From positions 247,697-311,696 of the forward strand of contig CAJINV010000027.1 of the NCBI GenBank assembly GCA_905178155.1: 64,000 bases of DNA, written 5' to 3'. The notes below the pieces were generated by a model. That model was given only the letters and a program-made list of their open reading frames with translations, did not search any database and was not told the DNA's origin. Positions 23,085 to 35,000 of this stretch are shown here, in pieces; within the stretch, counting starts at the first letter, position 1; every line of letters starts with the position of its first letter. This DNA is from Amoebophrya sp. A120 (taxonomy: Eukaryota; Protista; Dinoflagellata). The position numbers were made by a program, and so were the translations under genes.

Positions 23085-26000
23085 ATGAATCGAGCGAAAG
23101 ATCATCCCGAAGAACAGCAGGCCGCCCATATGCTGAGTAAAAATGTCCCCACCCCAAAGTTGTCATGCAGATCTGCATGCCAAAAAAGTTTTTCGGCATC
23201 CAGCTTTTGCGCAAAAGGGCTACGCGAATCCTAGGGGCGGTAATTACACTCCAGGGGATTGACGAACAGCGGGCAGCAACACAGGGCCAGATTGCAAGCG
23301 CAATAGGGCTGGGCCAACACCTTGCGGCGAAGGTCATGGCGAGTCAGAGAGAGATGGCTGGGGAAGAGTTGAGGTGGCTGGTAGTCATGTTCTACCTCTC
23401 AGGCCTCTTGTATCTCCTCCCGCTGATGCAGGTGATATTGCAGCCATCAGAGTGGGCAGATCTACTGATGGACATGGCTACAGCAATAGCAGAAGCGCTG
23501 GGCTTTTCCAAGAGAGCGTGGGCTGAGATGACTGCGAGGGCTCAGCTGCAGCCGCAGTGCTTTTATAGAGTAATTTTCTCGGAGAATTGCTTGGCATTGC
23601 TTGATCCGTTCATCATGAGCATCAAATTGCTAAGGAGTGCGTGCCAGTCCAGTATCTTGACAGATATGGAATTCCTTCTCCCTCGAGCAGTCTACCCAGT
23701 TAAGGTCTTGGGCTCTGGCGAGCATGGGGTGAGGCACGGCGACAAAGAAGACCTGAAGGAGCAAGCTCAGGCTGATACTGCCCTTGTGCAGGCCCTAGTC
23801 GATGGGGCGGCTACAAGAATATCGCACCGGAGCGATCTTAGAGTTGCGGGCTTTGTCAAGGATCGAACTTTGGGGCGAGGCAGGATGCCACCGGGGCTGC
23901 CCGTTTACGAGGTCCGGGCGTCCTCGGATTTGTCAGCGACAATTTGCGTCGAGAGAAGCACAGGAAATGTGTTCGCGCAATGCAAAACGAAGCTGGAACA
24001 TCTGAAGGTAGAAGCTCGCCGACAAGAGCGGAGATTTCTGGCTTATGTCAGCAACGCGCTCACGTTACTGCAACTTGTCACGCAACACAGCCACGGGGTT
24101 CGGAAAGTAGGTGTAGAGCTCTCTGACTTCAAGAGGCTGCAGGCGAATACCCGCGGCCCACTCAGGCAGGGTCACGGCATAGTGCTAAGCCTGGTAGAAG
24201 CACTAGAAGGAGCGCAGGCCCTGGGATACGAAGTTCGCAGAGAAGTACTCCCGAACCACCAAAAGGACTTCAAGCCAGTTGATGCATCACTCCCGGGGCA
24301 TACAGTTCCACTGCAAATAGTCAACGTCGCGCAGCATGACAACTGCTACACCACGTGGCCTGTCTATGAGTTCGGCGCGGATACGTATAAGCTCCCCCCT
24401 GTCCGCGATTGGCCGAAGATGAACCGCACGAAACGCACTTTGTATCTGGGTGAGTGCCTAGGGTTGTCGCAAGGGCAGGAAGCAAAACAGCAAGAAGGAA
24501 GCGCTGAAGTGCCGAGCGCTCCCTCGCAAGATGAGGGCAAAGGAGGGGAAGTCGCGAACCATGCAGGTTCGGACAAACAAGGCCCGGGCCCGGGTGCGGA
24601 CAGCCAGACAAGCCTGAAGGAAGGTCACGAGTCCGCAGCTGCTGACCCATTGCGCAAGTTTCACACGGAGGCAGACTGTCTTGCGTTATCTCGTGTCATC
24701 GGGAAGGAATTGGGGAAATCAAAGAAGCACTACGCTGCAGCCCATGCGCCGACTCAGGGGACCCGTGGCGGGGGTGAGGCGCCGGATGCTCCTCAGATGG
24801 AAAACGCGGCTTCCTCTTCCTCATCTATAGAGCACAAGAGGTGCGACCAGCTTACGAGAAGTGAGCGCAAAAGGTTTCAGGTGAGGGGCCCAGCGGGCAC
24901 AGGGGACAGCTCGAACGAGCTGGCACGAGGGAGCGGCAACGCAAGTGCTGACAGAGACCAGGAAAAGGGTGGGAGCACTAGCAGCGAGGCGCAGGCCGCT
25001 AAGGCGACGCCTTCTCTCGCAAAGGAGTGCAGCACGGGGCAGCTGCCAGTGCAACTGAAAGGGCAGAACAACACAAGGGAGGCGGCTAGGGTCGAGCAGA
25101 AGCAGGCATCTGTAAACGCATCGGCAAAGCATGCTAAACCTTTTGGCGGGCCCTTAGGGGTAGAGGTGGGTAAGTTCCAGAGACTACTAGATGTTGTCCA
25201 TCTGATGGAGCCAGCCAGCAGCGGGGACCACCAAGAAACGAAGGGGGACAGGTTGGAGCGCGAACAACTTTCGCCCAGGAGCTGGGGCGAGATGTTGCGA
25301 AGAGTTACAGGCAAGAAGAAGGAGGAATTGCGAGTAGAGTACATACTCGGCGTCTAGCTGTGTCAGTGCCTGCGCTACACAGGCGCAGCATTTTGAACCA
25401 CTGAAACGCTACACACTCAGACACAAAAGCTATGCCAAACCACTCAGACTTTTCTTTTCTTCGTGAGCAGTCACGTCAAAAACTCAGACTTTTCTTTTCT
25501 TTACAGACCGTAACGCAAGAACGAAAAAAGAGCAGAAGTGTAATACTTACTAGAGGGCACTCCAGCCCCTGCCCGTTGCTACATAAGCAGTTGGGTTCGA
25601 CTCAGCAGCGAGGCCGCATTTGTGTGCGGCGGATGATTCAGTGCCAGCTGGTCTTCGCGTGTTCTGCAACAGAAGCTAAGTGGTGGGTATGAGATGGAAC
25701 GACGAATCATGCACAGTAATCGGGTATGAAGGGGATTGCCGGTCACCCTTAAGTGGTAAGTTCCGAGACGATTCCGGTTTATGATCCCGGTCCCCCCTCC
25801 CACCCTTTGCTTCTGTTGCAGAATGAGTCAAGCTGAGTCACTACGGCTGCCACGCACAAATTAAGCCTTTAAGTTGTCGCTGTGCCCCAGGTGGGTTGCC
25901 AGTCAGCAGTGCCAGACAACTGGTCAATGGTTTGACAACTGTGGCCCGCTCGCTTGCCTTTTTCGTCCGTGCCGCAGGTAAGGCGCAAACGGTCCAGCCT

Positions 26001-29000
26001 CCCCTGTCTGGGCGGGGCTGCGGCTTAGGGGAGAGTCTCGCCCCTTCACCCAAAGGGGTACGTCGTCTCTTCCGTGAGAACAAAAACGTAGGGCGTAAAA
26101 TGGGTCGGGTCCTGGATCATTCTGTATGTTGGGCTGTCGCGCTCGGCTTGCTGGCCGGGCTGTACCGATCAGGTGTGGTGGGTAGCTCCCGACTGGTTGG
26201 CACCTTTCTTGGGGCGACTTGCCGTGGTAGCGCTCGGCTTTTGTATGATGAGGTCGCCGAAAGTGCTTCCTCGCCCACCCCCCGGGGAGGGGATTCTTGA
26301 CCTGTGGCGCTGGGAGCGGGTGTCCACTACATGATGATGATGATGCGGACTCCCACGAAAGCCATTTTCCATTCGTTTTTTGGAATTTGTAATGCTAGAA
26401 TCAGCATACTGTGCGAGATCTGTGATGCTTCTGAACTAGCTAAACAGGATTACACTACGCGGACAAATTTGTCATGCCAAACAACCAAAGCTGGCTGATT
26501 TGTCTAGCAGATTTCCCATCTTGACTCTGGTGTGGGGACGTTTTTACTCAGAATAGCCCACAGCAAAGTATGTGTGTGGCTGCGCCGCAGAGCGCCGCAC
26601 CTACAATCAATGCAAGATGAAGCGGCGTTATCAAAAGGAAAAATCCCCCCTCCCCATATCAAAACGAAGTTTCTGATGCAGGATTTGCGTACACAAATCA
26701 GATTTGTCTTGCTGGAGAGGAATACAGGCCCATACTCAGCCCAAGTAGAGAGATTTTGTACTAGGCGTCTAGAATGAGGAACGTCCATGCTGTAGGCCCA
26801 TTAGCATCACAAATCACCTGCACAATGCTGCGGAGCTTGTGGAGTTGCCCTCTTTCAAGACCGACGTGATTTGTGGTCTCAAATCAGCAATACAAATTTG
26901 GAAAAATACCTTTTTGATATGGGGAGAAGGGATTTTTCCTCTTAATAAGCGTCGTCGCGTCACATGTCGTCGCGGGCGGCGGCCCGGTGCTACGCAAGCC
27001 GACTAAGGGGTCCGGTAGGCTGGGCGCCAGTTCTCGTATCAATATGAAGAAGTGGCTCACCCCTAGAAATTGCAAGAGGTTTCCATGATGCACTAATTTC
27101 TCATGCTTAGAAAACTAATGAAACATATCACAGTCTGCGTATGCAAAAGCTATATCATGCAGAGGTGTGCCAGATGGAATCAAATTTTCTCGTGTAAGTA
27201 AAAATACTTGCAATGCCGGAAACGCATCTTTCTTCTAGGGTAGAGGCACTTTTTCACGTGGAAAGTATCCCGCGTAACAGTACCGTTCGCGTTGTTGTTG
27301 CCTCGTCCACCCTATCAAATGCAAATATGTCTGGGTCTGGAAATCTGTGATGTTGAATTGAGCGTGATTAAACTTGAAGCGCTTGCAGTGGCAGCCAGGC
27401 ATTACAAGTTTTGGAGACGCCTGCTGATGCCTACTTACCACACATCGCAAACTGCGTTTTTGCATGACAAAACAAGCTGCTTGCGGCCGAAGCTGCTTGC
27501 GGCGACGGTGCAAAGGTTTTTTATGTGGTGCAGTCGGGTATGCATGACAAAACAAGCTCCTCTTTTGCTGCTCATGCAACACAGCTTTTCCAGGAATGCA
27601 AAACACGCATCACAAGTTCCACTTTTCCAGACCCAGACATTTTTGCATTTGATACACCCGGAGTACCAATCGTGGAAAATGCGGGGCATCGGGAGCAGCA
27701 TGACGAGTATGCTGCGCTATCCAAGAAAAAAACGTTTTTAGTGTAAAGTTGTGATGCGCAGCATGCAAGATGATTGCGTCTCTCATGCTTGGCATGCCTC
27801 GTAGGGTCCATTAAAGGGCGTTTTCACGTACTATCTGCGCATGCCAGGTTTTTACTATCATGCCAGACAAATTTGTAATGCTGTTCCTCCAAAAAAGTTA
27901 CACCTACAATGCTTTTTTCTTGGATATGCGCTGGCGCAACTCCAGCGCGACGCCCCTGCAGGCCCAACTGAAGGAGGCGCTAAACAACAATAACTGGGGC
28001 TGTAGCATATTGTGAGGAAAATGAATCCGCGAGAACCGTATTCGATTTGGCATTTGTGTTGCTGGATTTTTAATACCTGTCCTCCGTCCGCTGAATCAGC
28101 ATGAGAGAAAAAATCTTAATCTGAATATGGAAACGAGGTGGATTTTTCCTTGTGATATGGCAACACGATTCTCTACGACATCGCCAACCAAAGCAACTAT
28201 TATCCAGCGTAAAAAAACTGTATCCTAAAACTACCTGAGTTGTCATGCATATAATGCAGCAGGAGTCTTTCTATGCGGCTTTTCCGCCCAGAGATACAAC
28301 TCTCGTCCAAGTGTGCTGCAGACGATTTTGTTATGCAACATGCTCTCGTCACAAGAAGCAAAAGATGGGGCTGTACTAGGGAATAAGCAGTGCGTGTGCG
28401 CTGTGTATCCAAAGTTGCCCTTTGTGAGTCCAAAAACCTCTGCACAATCAGTCCAGCACATCAAGCCGCATCTTGAATCGGGGTTGTTCTTGGAAAAATT
28501 TTTACGTAGGGGTCCGGCGAAAATCCTCCTCTGCACGATATGCGGGCGTTCCTTGGCCAAAAGACTGCCGGGCATCGTTTGCATTTCCAGCTGGAAAATG
28601 CTGAGGGACCCGGAAGGAGGGTTTGCAAATGTCCTCCTCCGCACCGTATGGGGGCTTTCCTGGGCCCAAAAACTGGGCGACGTTTGGATTTGAGGGGGGA
28701 AATGCTTAGCGACTCGGAAGGGGGGTTGCAAAAATGCTCCCCGGCAAGGTATGCGGCCCCTTTTTGGCCCAAAAAGTGGCCGGCCTTTCGTCTCCAGCTG
28801 CAAAGGGTTGGGCACTCGGAAGGGGAGGTTGCGAAAATCGTCCCCCGCACGTTCTGCGGGCTTCAGGCGGTTTGTACTGCTTTCCGAAACCTTTTGTGTC
28901 AAGGTCGAGTGCCCGATCATGAGGCCCGCCCGATGTTATGGTCAGCAATAACCGGCTGTCCATATTGGCCTGCAAGGCGAAACGCTCACCGGGTGAGCGT

Positions 29001-32000
29001 TTCGCCTAAGAAGTCCATATTGGGATCTTTCCCACCACAGCACACCGTCGTGCTTCTGGCTGTTTGTGCTGCCTTTTGAAACCTTTTTTTGCCAAGTTCG
29101 AGCGCCCTTTCGTGAGGCCCGCCCGACGCTATGATCGACACAAGCCGATTATCCATATGGACCCTCAAGGCGAAACGCTCACTCGGTGAGCGTTTCGCCT
29201 AAGAAGTCTATATTGGGATCTTTCCCACTACAGCATACCGTCGTGCTTCTGGCTTGTTGTTGCTGCTTTTTGAAACCTATTCTGCCACTTTCGAGCGCCC
29301 TTTCTTGGGGCCCGCCCGACGCTATGGTCGACACAGGCCGACTATCTATATGGGCCTCCAAGGCGAAACGCTCACCGGGTGAGCGTTTCGCCTAAGAAGT
29401 CTATATTCGGATCGTTCCCACTGCAGCATGCCGTCGTGCTTCTGGATATTTGTGCTGCTTTTTGAAACCTATTCTGCCAAGTTCGAGTGCCCTTTCGTGA
29501 GGCCCGCCCGACGCTATGGTCGACACAGGCCGATTATCTATATGGGCCTCCAAGGCGAAACGCTCACCGGGTGAGCGTTTCGCCTAAGAAGTCTATATTG
29601 GGATCTTTCCCACTGCAGCATACCGTCGTGCTTCTGGGTATTTGTGCTGCTTTTTGAAACTTTTTTTTGCCAAGTTCGAGTGCTCTTTCTTGAGGCCCGC
29701 CCGATGCTAAGGGCGACACAGGCCGATTATTCATATGGGCCTCCAAGCCGCATCTTGACTCTGGGTTGTTCTTGGAAACATTTTTACGCAGGATAACCAC
29801 CAGCTGCAGCCGATCTTGGAGGCTATCAACCAGGTATTTAGGGGAGAGTGCATAGACAAAATGATGATCCTGTCAAGTGCATTCTATGGGACGAGCTGCA
29901 AGACAAATTATTGACTTCATTTTTCTGTAACGCATGGACAGTAGCTCCGAACTTGTGTTTCTACTGCATAAAGATGTCAAGAGCAAGAAATTTGTATTGC
30001 ATGAACACGGGTTGTTCCCACCTTCATATTATTCCCACCTCCTCATCATCAAAAACTCGTTTTCTCAGGCGTTGGCCGAGCGTGACGGACGACGATGGAG
30101 GCGTGTGTGGAAGGCGCTGAACTTATCACAGGAAGAAAGTCCTTCTCCTCCGTGGTATACTAAATGCAAAACGGAAAAAATCTTTGTCGTGCTGATTTGT
30201 CATCTTCAGAAGCCCCACTTTGCGGGCGGCCCACTTGGCATCGGTCATTTAACGTGCCATTCTGGGATTCGTAGCCTTCTCCTGTCGTGGAGAGCTGGCA
30301 AATAGGTACTAACCCCTTCGTCCCATGGCATCATGACAAAATGATTTGTGTACACAAATTTCGCAGCAGAAGTTTCCGTTTGGGTAGTGGGGGGAGGATT
30401 TTTCATTTTGACAAAACTTGATCGAAATCATCTTGAAGCACGGCGAAAATCCGATGTTCGAGGAGAGCATGAAGGCAGACCAGTATCCTGTGTAAAAACG
30501 CCCCTACCCCAGAGTTGTCATGCAAAATGGCATCCCTGAAATGTTTCTTATGCACGACGCCATGTTGAGGAGCATTTTGTAATGCTATCTGGAAGTTTGT
30601 CATGCTGAAATGAGGACAAGGTAGCCAATTTGTCGTGCGGTTGCACTAGCTAAACACGTTTACACTACGATGCCAAACTTGTCATGCGTGACTGCCAGAA
30701 TTTCTGGACTTGTGTTGCAAATTTCCCATCTTGACTTTGTCGTGGGGACGTTTCTACGCAGGATAACCAGTGGCGAGTAATCTACTTTCTCGACTGGCGC
30801 TTACGGAAATGAAAATCCCTTCTCTCCTATCAAATGTAAAAATGTCTGGGTCTGGATGAAGATTGCAACTTGTGATGCTGTCTCTGCATTATACAAAAAT
30901 GTGTATTGCATGACCAGCAAGAGGGCTCCAGTTTGTGCTACATGGAGAGGGTATTTCTCATGCGGGATAGGCATCAGAAAGCCCGCTAAAAATCTGTGAT
31001 GCCAGGTTACGCATTACAGGCGTCATGTGTCATGTAAAATCTGCATGACATCCAGACCCAGACATTTTTACATTTGATATCTCCAAATTCAAAACACGAA
31101 GGATTTCTCTTGCTGGACTTGTATATAGCAATCAGCTTTGTGGTCGAGCGCCCGGGGATACTCAGCAAACCCGGTCGCCTCGGTCTGTTTAGGTGCATTG
31201 GGCAGTGCAGCTGTTGAGCCCCCTTAACCGGCTCGGTGTCTCCTAGTACTTTCCTTCTGTCATGCAAGAGAAATAAGCTACTTGTTTTATACGCATTTTT
31301 TACAAACCAACACATCTAAACAAATTTCCACTCAGAACAATATGGGGGGGGAGATTTTTTTTTCCTGCCACAGCGCTACCAGGAGAACCAGAAGGACGTC
31401 ACTGCGGGGATCCGTGACAAGGCCAAAAAGATTATCCCTGTGTAAAAATGTTGTGGCCCTAGATTTGTCATGCATATTTCCACGCCGCTGCCCAGGACGC
31501 TTCTCATGCTCAGCTGCATGAGAAGCGTTGTGTTCTCGTGGTGTTGTGGAAAAATTTGTCATGCCTTATACAGGACGAATTGGTGAATTTGTGATGCGAC
31601 TAGCATAGCCATTCTTGTTACTCAGGATAAAGATCCAGCAGTTGTTGCAGGACCCGGACCTGCTGCGAAAGGAGCGGGCGGATGCGCGACAGATCGCGAA
31701 CAAGCTGCAGCTATGCATTGCAAATATCGATCTGGGTCCGGAATAAAGGTGGAACTTGTAATGCTGCTCCTACATGCGTGCGAAATCTGTATTGCATGAC
31801 CAACAAATTATGTCGTAGCCTGTTTCATCTAATCCGGACTGCGTACGAGAACGCGTTCTGGAAACTTGTCATGCTTGTCTACATTCGGAAGTGTTTTCAT
31901 CATGCACAGTTCAGCATCACAAATCTCCAGACCCACAAATATTTGCAGTTGATAGCAGCCGCCCTCGATGTCAGGCGGCGGTGGCGGCGGGATGCCGCAA

Positions 32001-35000
32001 AGCGGCTTGGCTGCAGGCCCCGGGCCATATCGCAAGAAAAAACTGTTTCACTGTGAACTTGTGATGCATACAATGGAACACAGAAGTATTTGTCTTGCCA
32101 CACATGCAAGAAAGTGGATTTTTAGCTGTGTTTTCCCTTAGGAAGCTTGCGTGGCAAATTTTTTCTGTCACGTAGAACGAACTTGTCATGCAAAACCTGC
32201 AAAATCATCACAGTGAAACAGTTTTTTCGTACGATAGGCCAGGCTACGGAAATAATGCAGGTTCGAGCTACAACGACGGCTATGGCAACAGTGCGTCGGT
32301 GTCGTACGGCTACGGCCCGACGACCACGGGAAGTGGCCTCTACGGCACCACGCAAGAACCGATGTCAGGAGGGAGACCAGTGGACCGACCAGACTACAGC
32401 TTTCGGGCTTACGACCGCGATTTTTTGGGCGCCGGCCGTCCGGAAACCACGACGTTTCAGTCTTCCTACGCCGCCTCTGGTGCGCCGCCGTCGCTCCAGG
32501 TACCACCACCTAGTTCGGCGTCCCGAGCATTGCGACGCGACGTTCCGGAACCAAATCCAGCAGAGCCGAGTACTTCTAGCGCGGGTAATTGTCTATGTCT
32601 ACAAAACATATGCAAAAATTCAGCGGTGTGCGTTTTTGTCATGTGTGTCTTGTGTCAGGTGTATGTAGTTTGATAAATGTACTAGTCTTTGTCACTACGT
32701 CGCTGAAAGAGAGTAAAAATGACACGCATGATTGATAAAAATTTTCAGATTCGCGAAGACGGGTTGTCCAGGTTTGCGGGTGTACAGAAACGGAAGCGGA
32801 TTATCATGTGAGAAATATCATAGTTGCTGGCTTGCATTTTGATGTTGTGCATGCAATTTTGAATTACAAGTCTTCGCCTTCGCGAGGAAAAGATTTTAAT
32901 TTCTCATGCAGTTCTACTCCGTCACCAATTTGTTTCTTCAATCTATAGGAAAGAACAAACCTTTTGTGCTTGCTATTTTTTGTGCAGCATTTTACAAGCG
33001 TCTTTGATGACAAAATGTACTGTCGCACGCTGGCTTCTTTCTCCGCTATCCCAGCCGATTGCTGCGCGCGGCAGACGGAAACGTGGAGGACGCGTGCAAC
33101 AAATTTTTTGCCCAGGCCAACAACGAGCCCGAGCTCGAGGCGCCACGAAGTGCCCAGGACCAGCGGGATTCGGGGCCAGCCTCTTCCGACGAAGACGAGG
33201 AATTGGACGAGATGCCGAGCGGTAACGACTCGTCAGAGCCGGACCATAGTCCGGAGGTCGGTCCGCGTCATTACGCACAGCGAAAATGTCTGGGTCTGCG
33301 AAAAATGGAGTTTGTCATGCTATGTTTCGATCACGCAAAATGTTGTATTGCATGAGCAGGGGCAAAAAATCTGTGAAACTAGAGCATACTAGCTTGACGA
33401 AAATCGCGGGTCATCATGTAAAATCTGCATGACAAACTCCTCCAATTTTCCAGACGCAGACATATTTGCACTGCATTGTGGTCTCCAACCCCAGATGTCA
33501 GGACAAGTAATGCCACCGCAGCATACCAATGCTTCGCAACCAGCGACGTGGGACCAGCAACAGCGGGCACAGCAAGCGGCCAATATGCATTGCAAATACA
33601 GCTAGGTCTGGAAATAGACTGCGGATTTGTGTCATGTAGCTCTTGGACCACAAAAATGGAAAAAGCAACACGGGTCTTGCAACGACTTCTCCAAGCCTTT
33701 TTGCGTAGCAACAAGTAGGCAGCTTTTGGCGGTCTTGCAACACAGATTTTTGTGTGCGCGTCCCGAGCAAGCATCGCAAATTCGCTTCTTGCCTGACCCA
33801 GAGATGTTTGCAATGAATAGGCAGCGTCCGGCAGCAGCCGCAGGTACCGATGGAGCAGCGGCATATGAAATGCAAATATGTCTGGGTCTGGGAGTTTCTA
33901 AACTTGTGATGCTGTGTCTGGATTCCAAGAAAATTTGTATTGCATGACCAGCAAGAGGACTCCAGTTTGTGCTACGCGGACGAGAGGACATTTCTCATGC
34001 GGTGCTGGCATCACAAAGCCCTCGCAAAATCTGTGATGCTAGAGGATCCATCACAGACATCACGGGTCATTCAAAATATGCATGACAAACCTGGCAATCT
34101 TCGAGACCCAGACATGTTTGCATTTGATACGGCAGCAGCCAGCGCAACAGGGGGCGAGCCGCCAGTTTTCCCAGCCGTCAGGGTCGCAGCAGTACGGTAC
34201 CGCGCTGGATGCACAAACTGGTATCAAATGTAAAAATGTCTGGTTCTGGAAGGATGCAACTTGTAATGCTATTTTTGGATTCTAAAAAAATCTGTGTTGC
34301 ATGACAGGCAATAGGAGTCCAGTCTTTGCCACGTGGAGAGGGCATTTCTCATGCAGGATATGCATCAAGACGCACTCAGAAAATCTGTGATGCTAGGGCA
34401 TAGATCACAGCCGTCATGGGTCATGTCAGACGTGCATGACAAACAAGGTCATGGCGCGGGGACAGAGTCCCCGCGGCTGCGACCTTGCGGCTAAGAAGGG
34501 CCACCCGCGGTGGCTTTTCTTGCCCATTATGCGGCAGGTTTTTTTTTTGCGACAACACGGGGTGGCTTGGCGCTCGTGGTGCCGGCGCCCCCCTGGAACA
34601 GTGCGCCTTTTTCTGCGCCCCTGGGCGGGGCGCCCCCCCCCAAAGGACTACCCACGACCAACCGAGGGCGCGGCCGTCCGGGAGGTTGTTCTCCCGAACC
34701 AGGGCGCGCGGGCCTGTTTCTGCGCCCCTGGGCGGGGCGCCCCCCCCAAAGGACTACCCAAGACCAACCGAGGGCGCGGCCAGCCATACCAGGGCGCGTG
34801 GACCTGTTTCTGCGCCCCTGGGCGGGGCGCCCCCCCCCCAAAGGACTACCCACGACCAACCGAGGGCGCGGCCGTCCTGGAGGCTGTTCTCCCGAACCAG
34901 GGCGCGCGGGCCTGTTTCTGCGCCCCTGGGCGGGGCGCCCCCCCCAAAGGACTACCCAAGACCAACCGAGGGCGCGGCCTTACCAGGGCTCGTGGACCTG

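Larger units (their letters stand above)
23129..26555. mobile_element. Family C introner expanded to 3.4 kb by a nested insertion
   Basis: Left TIR tatgctgagtaaaaatgtcccc at 23129, right TIR ggggacgtttttactcagaata ending 26555, TSD GCCCA on both sides. The two halves are colinear with 643-921. Confidence 0.88.

Noticed and set aside
23165-25357. ORF as the introner transposase
   Set aside because: No convincing DDE or DNA-binding signature. It interrupts an otherwise complete short element, lacks its own start and ends in a microsatellite tail. Not fully excluded without a profile search.
28880-29744. CRISPR-like array (regularly spaced palindromic 33-mers)
   Set aside because: The intervening 160-bp segments are near-identical to each other rather than unique spacers, there are no cas genes, and the context is a eukaryotic intron.
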